Below, one piece after another: positions 42,423-55,382 of a stretch of 64,000 bases of DNA. The stretch is from NCBI GenBank assembly GCA_012295275.1, contig CM022679.1, positions 25,668,001-25,732,000 on the forward strand, written 5' to 3'. The translations under genes and the position numbers were made by a program. Origin of the DNA: Chrysomallon squamiferum. Its lineage: Eukaryota; Animalia; Mollusca. Position 1 is the stretch's first letter. Each line of letters starts with the position of its first letter. The notes beneath the pieces were generated by a model. It saw only the letters and a program-made list of their open reading frames with translations, made no database searches and had not been told where the DNA came from.

Positions 42423-44583
42423 AGACAAGTTTTGTTATTTTTTTTCATTTCTCGTTGAAAACAGTTTTATTTTGAGAAACTCAAAAGATGAAAAGATGTG
42501 GAGCAATTTCGTTTATGAAAATGAAGAGTGCCTGTCACATTCATTTTTGCCTGCTAAGAAGTCGTGCGTCTCAGTGAAAATGGATTGGCTCTGTGGACTT
42601 AATGTGTAACAAGAAGCTCTCTGCTTGAAAAAGTGTTTTCAGAAATTTTATAAGAAAATTAAAAGAAATATTCTCTTGTTTGGTGAGAAAGAAGAAATTT
42701 CTATTCTTTGTATCATGCATCTTTAAAAATTTAAACTTGTTTTTTTTTTTTCTTTAATTTCATTAAATAAGTCATTTGGGGACCAGTACAAAACTCTGTG
42801 ATTGTTACCAATTTAGTTAACATTATTAGTAACATCGGGTTAAAATTTAGTTACATGGAATTATGTAAAACAAAACAGACTTTTTAGCAATTATTATTAG
42901 CTAATAAAATAGCTTAAGAACTGCTCTTACATTTCTGGGAGACCAAAGACTAAGTAAAAGTTTCTTAATATCTAAATCATGCGTAGTTTAATGTTGGATT
43001 GAAAAAAATGAAACACTTGGAACAGTTAAGAAAAATTAAATACATTTTTGATGTATTTATCAAATGAAATATTTAATAATAAAATATCAACAAGTAAGAA
43101 AAACTTATTTCTAATTTTATATTAATGGATTTTCTTTTTTTTTCACCACTTACATAATATTGCAATTTGTATTTTTAACAGTATATTCATGGATTTTTGT
43201 TTGATAGGTATATTATTTTAACAATCTAAAAATTATTCAAAAAATTTAATGGCAGAAATTTTAATTTTTATAATTATTATTTTTACCGATCCAGTTTGTT
43301 AGAGATAAAAAAGAAAAACGTCATGAAACATTGTTAATTATTACCATCAATAAACTATGAAAAGTTTTCAGTTGTTTGTTGTTCATTGTTGTATTTGTTT
43401 TTCATGAACATCTGTATTAGTTATTATTATTCAAATCTGTCTGTGATGTGCTGGGAAGAAAAATGTATTAAATGAACAGTAACTTAAAGGGTGATGAAAG
43501 CTATTTCATGATGTAAAATAACATTGGTTTCAGAATCAAACTAACTGTTAGTAGTCAGAAGTCTAATGTCAATTTGGGAAAAAATTTCATAAAAATACCT
43601 TGGTTGCCAGCCGTTTTTAAAATCCCTTTGCATTAAATTCATGTTAAAAATAAGCAAATAGACTAAATTAGCAGCAAAGAATTGTTTTCATATTCCATTT
43701 TGGAGATGGCGACAGGTAAGATTATCATAATCTTTAATAAACCAGTTGGACATACATGAGATCGATCACAGAAACTATTGTACCTCAGATCATTAACTAT
43801 GTGCTACAACTCATTTTACACGACAATTTTACAACGTATGACCAATGCAAGAGGACTGCCACTTTACCAAGTCGTCAGCTTTTCTGCATCAGTATTGTCC
43901 CAGTGATCTTGCTTAAAAAACCCACAATATAATAATAATAATAAAGAAAATAATTCCAAAATAATTTATAATGAGACAAATTCAAGAAATATCGCTAACA
44001 TGACAGCTGAATTTTCCATATTGACATCTGTGATATTGATATCAGCATGGCTGCAGAAATCTTTACTACATTTTAGTAATATACGTTTTAAATTAATCAC
44101 ACTGATATTTTTTTATGACGAATGACATCTTTATATTTAACATTTGTCTTTTCAATTAGGTCTGTTAATTTTCATTTTGAAATAGGATGCTATTTAAGCC
44201 CATTTTTTTTAAAATCCAGTAACCGATCCGGCTGAACCCCGTTTAAAATGTAACATCCTCCATCTCTCTGTTTTCAAAACTTAGTGCTGCTTGAAAAACG
44301 TTTTTGCTTAATAATATCTTTGTTATTTGTCGCTTACTAAGTCTTCCCAAGGTCGTTCTTGTTGACTGTTAGGTCCCTCATAACAACGATGTTTTAGCCA
44401 TGAAATGAACCATACAATGCAGTATTATTGAGTCTTTTGATAAAATGCATGCGTTGAGTTGGTACTTGTCTTGGGAAACTGTCTCTTGACAAACAACTCT
44501 GGTTCAGGCGTCTGTAGTAGCCACTGAATGTTGATGTAAATACTTGGCCGCGGTTTAAATCAGTTAATAACACTTCAAGAAGA

Positions 44584-46109
44584 ATGGGATGTGGTGGCTC
44601 GAAAGGTAAGTTGTTCGGTGACCAGCTCAGAAATTATTGCAAATTAAAAAAATCGTATTTTCTGTTTGACTTTAATTTTTAACAAGTCAAAATAAAATAA
44701 ATTATGTATATTAGAGTATCTTAGATTAGTTGTTTAAGAAAGTTAATGATGCTTTGTGTATTTGTATTATTATATACTACTTTTTAAACCTTTTTTTTAC
44801 TGTTTATGATAATTTTAAAAAAAAAAACACACACATTTAAAAGCTATTTGTAACCTTACACTGAACACCCGTTTATTCCTAACTCTAATTATTTGAATCT
44901 TGTTGAGAATGTACTGATCATTTTTAATTCATTATTACTGTTATTATATTTAATTTTTTTAAATGTAGAAATTACAGAATAAACACACACACAACACGAT
45001 GTTCATGTAATATTCGTTATTCACCAAGTGCTGTTTCTAGCCTTATGCAACTGTCATCTGTAATTATATATTTTATTTTATTTTTAAGATTTATATTCAA
45101 ACGTCTAAAATAAAACAAAAATGGACGTCTTTAACTACATATACAAGAAAGTAAGATTTTTGTTATAGTATTAGTTTTTTTTTTAATCTTTTATAGTTAT
45201 TTCTCTTTTCCACTTATAAATTACGCTCATTGTGGTTATAGAAGACGAGCGAATTTTAAGATTATCATTTTGTTTATTTTATATACATATATTTTTCTTA
45301 TCGATGATTTTATATTATTTGCATTCCTGTTTTATCTTCCATTCATTCATTATATATACCTGAATGCTTTTTTTATTCTCTCGAAAATAATGAGATTTCT
45401 GTCATGGCAGCTTTTCCTGTAAAGACATTTTTGTTTATTTCGAATAAGCTACAACACCTTACGCGTTATAAACACAGTATTAAAACACTTACAAATGCCA
45501 TTCTTTCGTTAATTCTTTCATAAAACCACTTCGACAATGAACATTTCTATATTTAGATATAACGGTGGTCAGAAACTTCATGTGGTCAATGTTTCCATGA
45601 CGTCTATTGTAGATGTGTCGGGACCTTGCCGTTCTGGCCTTCTGCTTTCTTTCTCATTACAATAACATGCACTGAATTAATTATTTTGCTTTGGTTACAG
45701 ACGGCTTATGTACATATACACACTGTTTCGTTGCGGTCAGTGACCTTCAGTTATCATTACATTATAACGCTCTATTCCTTAAACAAAAAAGATGAATGAA
45801 CGAATGAATTAATATATAAATAAAATAAGATGATAAATAAATAAATAATATAAAAACATTTTTAAAAATATAAATTTTAAAATGAAATAAATGTTTATCA
45901 TTAATTTAACGCAATATTAATTGATTTTTTCTTCTTTTTTTTTTTTTCTTTCAAATCAAACAGGGTTTTTTAAAGGTGGCAAAGGAGGATGTGGTGGACT
46001 GGGAAAAATGTGTGGTTCGGACAGACCTCATTCTGGGAAAGGCCACAAAGGTCATGGCAAAAGGAAAGGTCACAAACGTAGGGGAAGTCACTCTTCAAAT
46101 TCTAGCTAA
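44584..46109 (+). CDS. Candidate 55-aa Gly/Lys/His-rich microprotein with N-terminal myristoylation/palmitoylation motif (MGCGGSKGFFKGGKGGCGGLGKMCGSDRPHSGKGHKGHGKRKGHKRRGSHSSNSS); exons 44584-44605 and 45964-46109
   Basis: ATG GGA TGT GGT GGC TCG AAA G|GTAAGT is a perfect phase-1 donor. It joins in frame to the polypyrimidine-CAG acceptor at 45963. The KGH repeats suggest this is the coding frame. Confidence 0.55.
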
Positions 46110-49100
46110 TTTATGTTGTAATTTCTCGGCAACGAAAAGACGCGCAGAAAAACAAGCGTTGACGGATCTGCAGTGTATCCATCAAAATAATAATTTGACT
46201 TTCGATTTACTTAGATTAAATAACAGAACTGAAACCGTAGTTGTGATATTTAAAAGTTTACCAAGATTGTATGTAGTTAATAAAAAAAGGAAAAACGATT
46301 TGGAAATTACTTGTTTATTTATGTATTTATTTATTAAACAACAGCAGTAGCAGCAGCAGCAGCAACAACAACAGCAAACATAACAATAATAACAAAAATC
46401 CATTACTTAAACATACAGCTCTCGAGCAGAAACAATAACAAGGCTGGACAAGTAAAAATAAAACCGCAGGTGTTCTTCGTAGCAAAGAAGGCTAAACCAA
46501 TGAATTTCGACTGGTTTTATCACTCAGATACCGGTACATTAACACTAATCATGCATTAATAGCAGGCTTTCTTGTACTGGTTGTGTTTTCTTCCTACTAA
46601 ATGTTTTGAATGTAATATAAGCATTTTATTAAGTTATATATTTCAGTATATTCTATGATAAACATGTTAAAATTAATAATTAAATTATTTAAAACCAAAG
46701 CATGTACATTATTTGAAATTAACGAATATTTTATTCAAAAGAGTGGATTACAATTATAAAGGGAGAACAGTTATTTAGCCTTACGAAAATCAGAACTAAA
46801 TTTAAAAAAAAAAAAAAAAAACAACAACAAAAACACAAACATTATTATTATACAGGAAAACAATTAGTTTTATATATTGACTTTAAATGACATAAATTAA
46901 AATTATATAGTCACTATTCAATAAAAAAAATCAACGTGTATTCAAGTTAAAATTTAACAAACTAAGAATTATTATTTGAACAAATTTTGTTAAGCTTTGG
47001 TAAAAGTATTATCAATAATATTTTAAATTATTTTAATCTGTTTATATACATTACAAAGATTTGTGGCGTGTAATGTAACATATTTACTGTACTCATGAAT
47101 TTTAATACACATGTAATTATGTCGAATTTTTGTGTTATTAATACTAATTATGTAAACTATTTATCATCAAACTTGAAACAATCTCCAAAACAGTCTGCAT
47201 GTGTATATCAAAAATGTGATGCTATTGAATTAGATACCTCAGAAACTTATTGTGTGGGGTTTTCCACACTCGCACAAAAATGCCCTCGGCATTTAAAAAA
47301 AATATAATAATAAAATAAATAAATAAATAACAACAACAACAACAACAACAATAACAATAATAATAATAATAAAATAATAATAATCATAATAATCATAATA
47401 AATAAATAAATAAATAAATAAATAAGACTGGTGTCTATGTGGGTAATACAAACAAGAAAAACACACACAAAAAAAAACCTGCCTTCCAACCATAATCTCC
47501 AGTGTTACTGGAACTATATCTGTTTCATTGCCTGATGAAAACGACCCGAACGGAAGAAAAGCAGACTCGCAGTAAAAATGTTTATTTTGTCGGAGTAGCT
47601 TCCCTTGATATCTTCAGCGCTTGAATCTGGGTTGAAATGATATCGGGGCTCATTATGTGTACATTGACTGACTTTTCCTCCACCTTGGTTAATAAATTAT
47701 CAAAGTTATTTAGGAACATCACTTTTCGGTATAATGTTAGTTATAGACTGTGTGGAAGAGGCCTACTGCTAAAAGATTTTTTTTGTTAGCATTTTGTTTA
47801 TTTCTGATGCCTAAAAAAGCAAGACATCCGCAATCTAGCAATATGAGCATTGATTAACTTCCAGCAAATCTACCAACACCAATTGCACAGACAGAGATAT
47901 AAAATTGTTAGAAAACAAACTTATGTGTTAACAAATTCTTGGTGGCACGTTTTTAATTATTAGTGTTGATATTATTACAATCATCTATCAGTTGATTTTA
48001 CACAAAAACATAAGCCTAACACATAAAAAACAACAACAAAAACCTCCATTAATATGCAGAGCTCTCAAGTTTTGATTGTTTGATTATGGACTTAATATTG
48101 TTCGTTCGATTTTAGCACCCAAATTGTTGTTCATTCGTTAAATCAGAAAGAAATAAACCGACCATAATATTACATGTATTATACACGTATGTACGTAGTG
48201 GCAAGATATGCTGACTAAATACATTTCTGTTGTTTCGGGCACTGAACTGACTTCGATAAATACATGTGAATTATATATTACCAAAAGTTATTTCTTTCTG
48301 TGTGCAGCTGCTGATTTATTATTATTATTATTATTATTATTAATTAATTAATTAATTTATTTATTTGTTTATTTATTTGTGTAATTTTCTCCTTTTTAAT
48401 CAACATTTCTTAAAATACTGTATAGTAGAAAAAATAAGAATTTAATCTTCTAACACTGACTATACTAATTGCTGTATAATGCGGTAACGTACTGATTGAA
48501 TTTAAGATGTCTGTTTTGGTATTTCAGGTGTATGTATGTAAGCATTTAAAATATTTAAAATACGTGATAAACTAAAAATTAAAAAATACACGATTAACTA
48601 ATACAGACCATCTTTACTAAACTCTTAATTACCATGCCTTAATGAAATTTTTTTTATTATTTTTTTTTTATTTTTTATATGTATTATATATCTTTTTATT
48701 TATTTGTTTGTTTAAGGATATTTTATATTAGTTTGATATTACATTTTCATAATAACTGGTTTTGTAAAAGCTAATCATGAATCACTTTCAAACTGGCGAT
48801 TTTACTGTTGTACTTCACACTATGTAAATCACATACACAGAAACTGTAAAATTTTTACTCTTTTACGATGTTGATACCAATGGTTAATTGGTGGTTCTTA
48901 CATTATTTTTATTTTTATGATTTACATATTTTTCTTTCAGATAAAAAATAGTGGGTTTCAGTTTTGAAACTTTTTACTTATAATTACAAAATGAATTTAA
49001 TTTAGCTGTAATTTTTATTTTACGTTTTCAAAAATAGTATCACATTAAGTATAAAAAGAGAATTTTATAAAATTTTAATAGAAATAAACAGATGTTTATC

Positions 49101-50114
49101 TGTATTTCTAAAATAAAGTTCTGATAGTGATGTCGTTCTTTAATTTTTATTTTTCTTCAAATTTTAAGGTTAAAGTCCTAGATTAAATTTTATGATAGAA
49201 GTTGTATGTGTTATACTCCGTCCCCTTTTATGACCAGAATATTCATTCAGTATTGATAGGCTTTTTAAAAAAAATATATCAATTTTCTCAGTTTTACTGC
49301 AAAACAAAGTTTTTATTTCTTTTAATAGTTTTATTATTTGGAAGTATTAGAACGTTCCCATTAAAAATTACATGTTAATTGCAAACCACAGGCAACCTCT
49401 TATTGATTCTCTGAGACAAGTGACTTCAAAATAAGGTTTAATGCAGTTAGTAATTCATAATCTCAGTAGACTCATTAGCTAAATAACAGCAACAGAAACA
49501 AAAACAAAAAAAACAACAACAAAAAAAAAAAAAAAAAAAAAAAAAAGAATTAAAACATTATCTTTGAATTTAGTTTTTATATATAACAAATCCAAAAACT
49601 TGTATTTTCAAGAATTTTATTTTTATTCAAACCACAACAAAAATTTCTCGACCTGAACTAACATCAGACTGACCGTTGCTCGTGTTCAGTTTATTAATTT
49701 CTAAATTCTTGCAAACATTATTGTCTAAGTATGAAACAAACATAAAAAAAATAATCTAAGTATGTTAATTTAAGTTATTGGCTGTCAGCAATAAAACAGA
49801 AAAGAATGAGAATCTGTGCCCCATATTTGTGTAAATGAAACGACAAATGTGTCCTATAACTATTTAAAATAAATAATAATTGTTGTCTGGTCCGTGAAGG
49901 TAAACAATAGAACTGTATACAAAATAAACCATCACAGACTGAGGATTCTTTATACATAATTAGAAACTTTTTCCGAGCAGCGGAAATAGTGATTTTTATA
50001 TTTTTACGAGAGTATACAAACTTTATTTCATGCACGAAGTTATTAAATTACATAAAAAAAAAATGTATACAGAATTTATTTTTATTTCATGTGCAATGTT
50101 CGATTCTATTCCCC

Positions 50115-50177
50115 AACATTCCGAAATCTAAACACTTCACGTTCCAGGTATTTTGGATAAGAAATACCCAACCTATT
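50115..50177. mobile_element. Tigger/pogo-like (Zombi-type) transposon end fragment
   Basis: CCGAAATCTAAACACTTC...TTTTGGATAAGAAATACCCAACCT resembles the Tigger4/MER46-type terminus as I recall it. A second copy lies at 62550-62612. Confidence 0.5.
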
Positions 50178-50833
50178 AATATTTATATTAAATATAATTT
50201 TATTTAAAGATTTAAAGATCTAACTGCATTATCATGTAAGAAAATAACGGTGAAGATTTTCACGCTTTCAAACTCGGAGTCGGTTACCGTTGTCAGTAGC
50301 TGCTAACAAACAAATCTACACAGCAAAATGTACACATAGTATGAATTTAACACAGTAGTATTGATATCTCGGGAACTACTACATATTTATAAGAACAAAT
50401 ACACCACACCGCATGTCATTTATATGAGTTAAATGTGATGAAAATCTCGCAATTGCCTTCAAACTGTCGTTATTTATTTTATTATTGTTAGTAGCAGTAG
50501 TAGTAGTATTACAGAATTAAAAATATATATTTTATGTTGTTATTCCGATACTTTCTTCATTTTTATTTAGCAAGTGTTAATAAATTTGCGTATTAGAATA
50601 CCCTTTACATTATATGCAGACAATAATTTAGAACAATGCTGAATACGCAGAGATTAATATTTCGATATATTTTTTTTTTCTTGAAATTTCTACTTGTGAG
50701 TAAACAAGATATTTGTGTAGACTAAATCTGAAAGAAGAATTATTAAAATATATATTGTATTAATGAAAAAACTGCTTTGAAGTTTCCTATCGAAATCAGT
50801 TATATATGTCTATTAAGTTTTGGTTTATTTAGT

Positions 50834-53705
50834 TTAACCAAGGCAACCACAAGAAACCCCTTCGTTTTTAATGATGCATTGATAAGTTGTACGCTGATTT
50901 TCTGGCACAGCCTTACCGTCAAAAGATTTGTTCTGCATCCAGTTTTCAGAATCGGCTAAACATTGTTTGGCAGCCCATTCAGCTGTTTTGTTATTAGTAA
51001 CCGCCTTGAAATATTTTACTTCGTCCTCTTCTGATCTGTAGAAGCCGATGTACAATCTCAGTTTAGTATTTTTGATTTCAAATTCCAGCCCAACTTTAAT
51101 TTCAGATGGTAAACCACGAAGCTCTAGAGTTATGACGTCTTCTGGATCGCGTGGTTTTATTTCTGTATCTGGTGGCACAGAGCGAGAAATGACCCATGTT
51201 TCTGAAGAGAAGAATTTTTTTTTGAACTGCATAAGTTTCGGGGTTTGATTGATAATCTGTAGAGCCAGTCTTTTCTCATTTTCAGGCATGTCCTGTAAAT
51301 AAATGTTAAAATCGAAGGTTAAGTTAATTAAAACTGATATGATATTCTAGAAATAAATATCCTGCAGTATAATTAGAAAATAGCTTTTTAATATAGACAA
51401 GTCTAAAAAGTAATATTTTTATCTTTTCTCGAGACTAGAGATTCTCAGCCCACAATCAGTAGAAACAAAGTGCAGGAAACCAATCAGAAATATTTTTCAT
51501 CTACTTTAAGCTTTTGCAAAGTTGAGAAGAAATAATTAAAAACTATAAACATGAGAACGTTTCTGTATTTTCTACTTCTGGGTCATATACATATATGCAT
51601 AAAAATACATACATATTTAATGGTATATGTGAAAACTGTACGCTGTTCTTCTCTGCTGAACTGATGGTGTAACTCAAAGTTTTCACTCGGTGTCATATTT
51701 GAATTCTGCAGACATTTTTCCGCGGCCCATTTAGCCGTTTCACTGTGAGCAACCTGAATGAAATATTTTTCTTTGCCATCTTCTGATCTGTAGAAGCCGA
51801 TGTACAAACTCAGTTTTTTAGTTTTTATTTCAAATTCCAGCCCAACTTTAATTTCGGATAGTAAACCACGAAGCTCTGCAACTATGATATCTTTTGGATC
51901 GCCTTTTTTGATTATAGTACGTTGTCGCTCACAATGAAAAAGAGCCCATCCTTCTGATGGGAAGAATTTTTCTTTGAACAGGAGAAGATACGGGGTTTCA
52001 TTAATGATCCGAAAAGCTAGTTTTTCCTCATTTTCAGGGATGTCCTGCAAAATAAATGTAAAAATCAAAGGTTAAATTCATAATAATTGATACATGGTAT
52101 TCCAGAAATAAATATCCTGCAGCATAATTAGAAAATAGCTAAAAAGTAATATTTATATTTTCCCTCAATTTCAGGAATTTCCTTTAAATAAATGTTGAGA
52201 TCAAAATTAATATAAAGTTATAATTGCTGAAAGATTTTGTATATTTCAGTACTGATTTTTCTCCTTCTTTCTTCTTCTTCTTCTTATTATTATTAAAAGT
52301 AGTATTTTAAATAATAACATAAATATGTTAAACATAATGACCACAGACATACTTTCATAGTGTCTTCAAATTAATTTACAATATTATTAGGTATTATGTA
52401 CTGTGCTAATAGATTTCTTCCGAGTGAATGAAACACAAACATGCAAACACGGGGGCACGCGCGCGACAAATAATATTGATGATGATGCAAAATGAAAATA
52501 TGTTTTAGTTACTTACCTTCTTAATAGTGTAGTTGAATGTTTTGGTTTTATCTTCTATTTCAGCCTCTAAGTTGTAACCACGATACGTTTTGCACACGTC
52601 ATGTTTTTTTGCTTCTTTGGAGGCCCATTGAGCTGATTTTTCTTTCTTTATTTCAATGAATGTCTTGTAATTTTCGTTCGCTATTGTCTTACAAAAAAAG
52701 CCAATGTACAAGAATTCTTGTTGTCCTTCTAAGAAGGTGTATTCTAATCCACCAGCCACTTCATCTAAAAGTTTAGAAGAATCTGACACCTCAATCGTTT
52801 CGGTTTCATAAGCTGCAATGGTGCGTTGCTCCACCAAAACAGTTTTAGGATCCACGAATTTATTTCTGCATCGTAGATCACAGGGAGTACTGTTGGTAAT
52901 CTTTAAACTCAGTACATCCTGTAAAAAATATTATAGTAATAATACAGTTTGTTTTAACCATTAATTTATTGATTTATTCATTCCTCAGTAAATAATATAA
53001 AAGTTTCCTTATTATTGTTATTATGTGTTTTTTTTGATTTTTTTTGCTGATGTATAACATATATCTATATAATTGGTTCTCTAACGTATTTTTTCCAGTT
53101 GATAAACTAATTTATTAAACACCTTTGTTTTAATGGATCATTTGAACCTATTAAGAGTAGAGAAAGATCTAAATGTTTACACTAGTGTTACTCAGCAACA
53201 GTTCAGCAAAAGTAAGTATATTTTATTTTAAATAAAAAATCGTCATATTGACAAAAACAAAATGACGTAAATTAAATCCATTATTTCTTATAACAAACCT
53301 TAATGACAGAGTACTTATTTTCATAGATACAAAGAGATACCGGTTATATTATTAGGGTTCATGCAACACTGATTAAAATAATTGCAATATAATGTAGAAA
53401 CGTACAGAGTGAATTCAAGTGGCATGTTTTGTATTTAAATACCTGATTAAAAAACAGGCTTAGCAATGTAGGACATCGTTATTAACTTTTTGATTGAGCT
53501 GTCTGAATTATGAAACTAATATTGTTGATGTTATATTTTTTTTATTTTATTTTATGTTATTTTATTTTATTTTATTTTATTTTATTTTATTTTTTTCGGA
53601 CCATGTCTTTTATTTATTTATTTATTTATTAATGTCTTTATTTATTTATTTATTACAACATGCAATAATTATATTTTTGCACAAAAATTGCTTTTTGTAT
53701 ACACA

Positions 53706-53761
<56 letters not shown>

Positions 53762-54735
53762 TGAAATAAAACATATTAAACTGACCTTTCTAATAGTGAA
53801 AGCGAACTTCTTAAACGTTGATTCTTTTGAACTGGCTGGGCAACATGACAGAGAATAACCATATGCTGTCCGATTCTTATTATTACCGTCACTGTTTTCA
53901 CCACAAGCCCATTCTGCTGATTTATTCTTATCAACATCAATGTAGGACTTGTAGACACCACTAAAAGGATTCTCAAACCCAATGTAAAAGTTCATTCCAG
54001 TGCTTCCTATTTCAAATACGACGCCGCCTTTCACACCTTCCCATTTACCTTGACGATTTGCGACACGTCCAGACTTTGCCGCACCGGGTTCGATGTTTTC
54101 GAGGTGAGTATTAGCAAACCATTCTCCAGTTTCAAAATGACTTGATTTTAAACGGAGGACTTTGTTTGTTTGATTATTGACTTCAATTTCCAGAGATCGG
54201 TGCCTATCGGAGAATTCCTTAGTTCCCTGAACATAATCTATACCTTTCTCAACGCTGTTTTTAAAATAAAAAATACAAAATACAAATAAAACATCCCTCA
54301 TTAAGATAATTAACATAGGATATTTTTCTTTCTTTTTTCATTGCTATTTTAACTGTTAAGTAGCATCACATTATTCTGAGATTAATAACATGTAACATAT
54401 TATTGATTTTCCTTGTTAGCAAAAATATAATTAACAAAAGCTGATTTGATTATGCAAAGTAAGGAAGCCATGTTAAAATATGTTTTGTACGTTTTAAAAT
54501 GTATCAATAAATTAATTACATAATTATTTATATAATTAATTAATTAATTGGTTAAAATAAACATCTACTATAAATGTAATATATATAATAATAATAATAA
54601 TAACAATAACAACAAAAATAACACTAACGCATTAACAGTAGTTTCTACCGCAGCTACAGTCGCAGAAACTGTTTCTGCAACGGCACCAGTCACTTTTTGT
54701 CTTACAGCTGACGCTGCGTTAATCAACCATTCCAT
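50834..54735 (-). CDS. Multidomain actinoporin/aegerolysin-like (putative pore-forming or lipid/glycan-binding) protein, about 622 aa: N-terminal Ala/Val/Thr-rich helical segment plus 4 tandem beta-sandwich domains; exons 54629-54735, 53786-54254, 52517-52918, 51613-52044, 50834-51292
   Basis: Canonical GT-AG joins in frame (phases 2,0,0,0; 1869 nt). All four domains share L.I.N.T, G(L/V).(F/Y), (L/F)YIGF, (S/T)A.WA and a terminal (T/I)I(K/R). Domain 1 (RSLEIEVNNQT..HFETGEW..IEPG..GVKGGVVFEI..IGFENPFSG) follows the actinoporin-like/aegerolysin pattern. Gene structure is solid; the family call is by eye. Confidence 0.75.
53710..53758. repeat. (TG)n microsatellite
   Basis: Pure TG run. Confidence 0.97.
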
Positions 54736-54854
54736 TCTTTCCTTCAGTTCTTTACTTCATTCCTTCTTTTACCCCGATCTTCGTTCGGCTGGTTAGTTAA
54801 CACTGTCTGATATTGTACGCACCAATTATGTAATAAACTAACAAAGCGCTCGTC

Positions 54855-55000
54855 TCTTCTTATAACTCGGAGTCGTTGCTAATAAACAAACCTATCCAGC
54901 GTAACTGCTATCATAGATTTCCCGGGAAAATCTACGTACAAAGACCACGTACACATGTACTGTGAATTTAATACAGTAATGTTGATTTCTCGGGAACTCC
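54855..55000 (-). promoter_or_regulatory. Proximal promoter of the four-domain gene: TATA-like element plus two STAT-type TTC-N4-GAA sites
   Basis: TATAAG on the minus strand at about 54860-65, about 125 nt upstream of the ATG. Perfect palindrome TTCCCGGGAA at 54919-28 and TTCTCGGGAA at 54987-96. Confidence 0.55.
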
Positions 55001-55305
55001 TATATGTTTATAACAATGTAGATAATTAAAAAGTTTCTTTTTAGCATATTTATATAGGTTAAGGGGTTTATCAACAATTATATAGAAACCTTTCAGACAT
55101 TAAGTTATTAATTATTATTATTATTATTATTAATATTATTATTATTAAGGGATTTTTAAAATTTATTTAATTTTTTTGTCATTCTACTTGTTTTCTTTAT
55201 TTTTGGCAGATTTTAATAAGTTAGCTTGAGAGAATATTCTTTACATTATACAAACTAATATGCTAAATATGTTTCTCTCTGTTATGTATTTATCTATTCT
55301 TGATG

Positions 55306-55324
55306 TTATTAGTTTTTAAACTAA

Positions 55325-55374
<50 letters not shown>

Positions 55375-55382
55375 ACACAACA
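55306..55382 (+). repeat. 77-bp inverted repeat, left arm (partner 58447-58523)
   Basis: TTATTAGTTTTTAAACTAACTCC(TC)21ATAGACACAACA is the exact reverse complement of 58447-58523. Confidence 0.92.

Noticed and set aside
42247-42609. Acidic 120-aa ORF and antisense Pro- or Ser-rich ORFs
   Set aside because: Shadow frames of the GAR1 RGG exon; the true frame ends at 42422.
43706-43721. ATG GCG ACA G|GTAAGA as an alternative first exon for the microprotein
   Set aside because: Phase-compatible, but only 10 coding nt, set in degenerate SINE-like sequence, with no other support.
45964-46268. Pseudokinase N-lobe resemblance of the second reading frame
   Set aside because: No GxGxxG, VAIK lysine, HRD or DFG, and no downstream exons found; the resemblance is probably coincidental.
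50834-50857. C-terminal SCGCLG as a CaaX prenylation signal
   Set aside because: The last four residues are GCLG, which is not CaaX, CC or CxC; only possible palmitoylation can be suggested.
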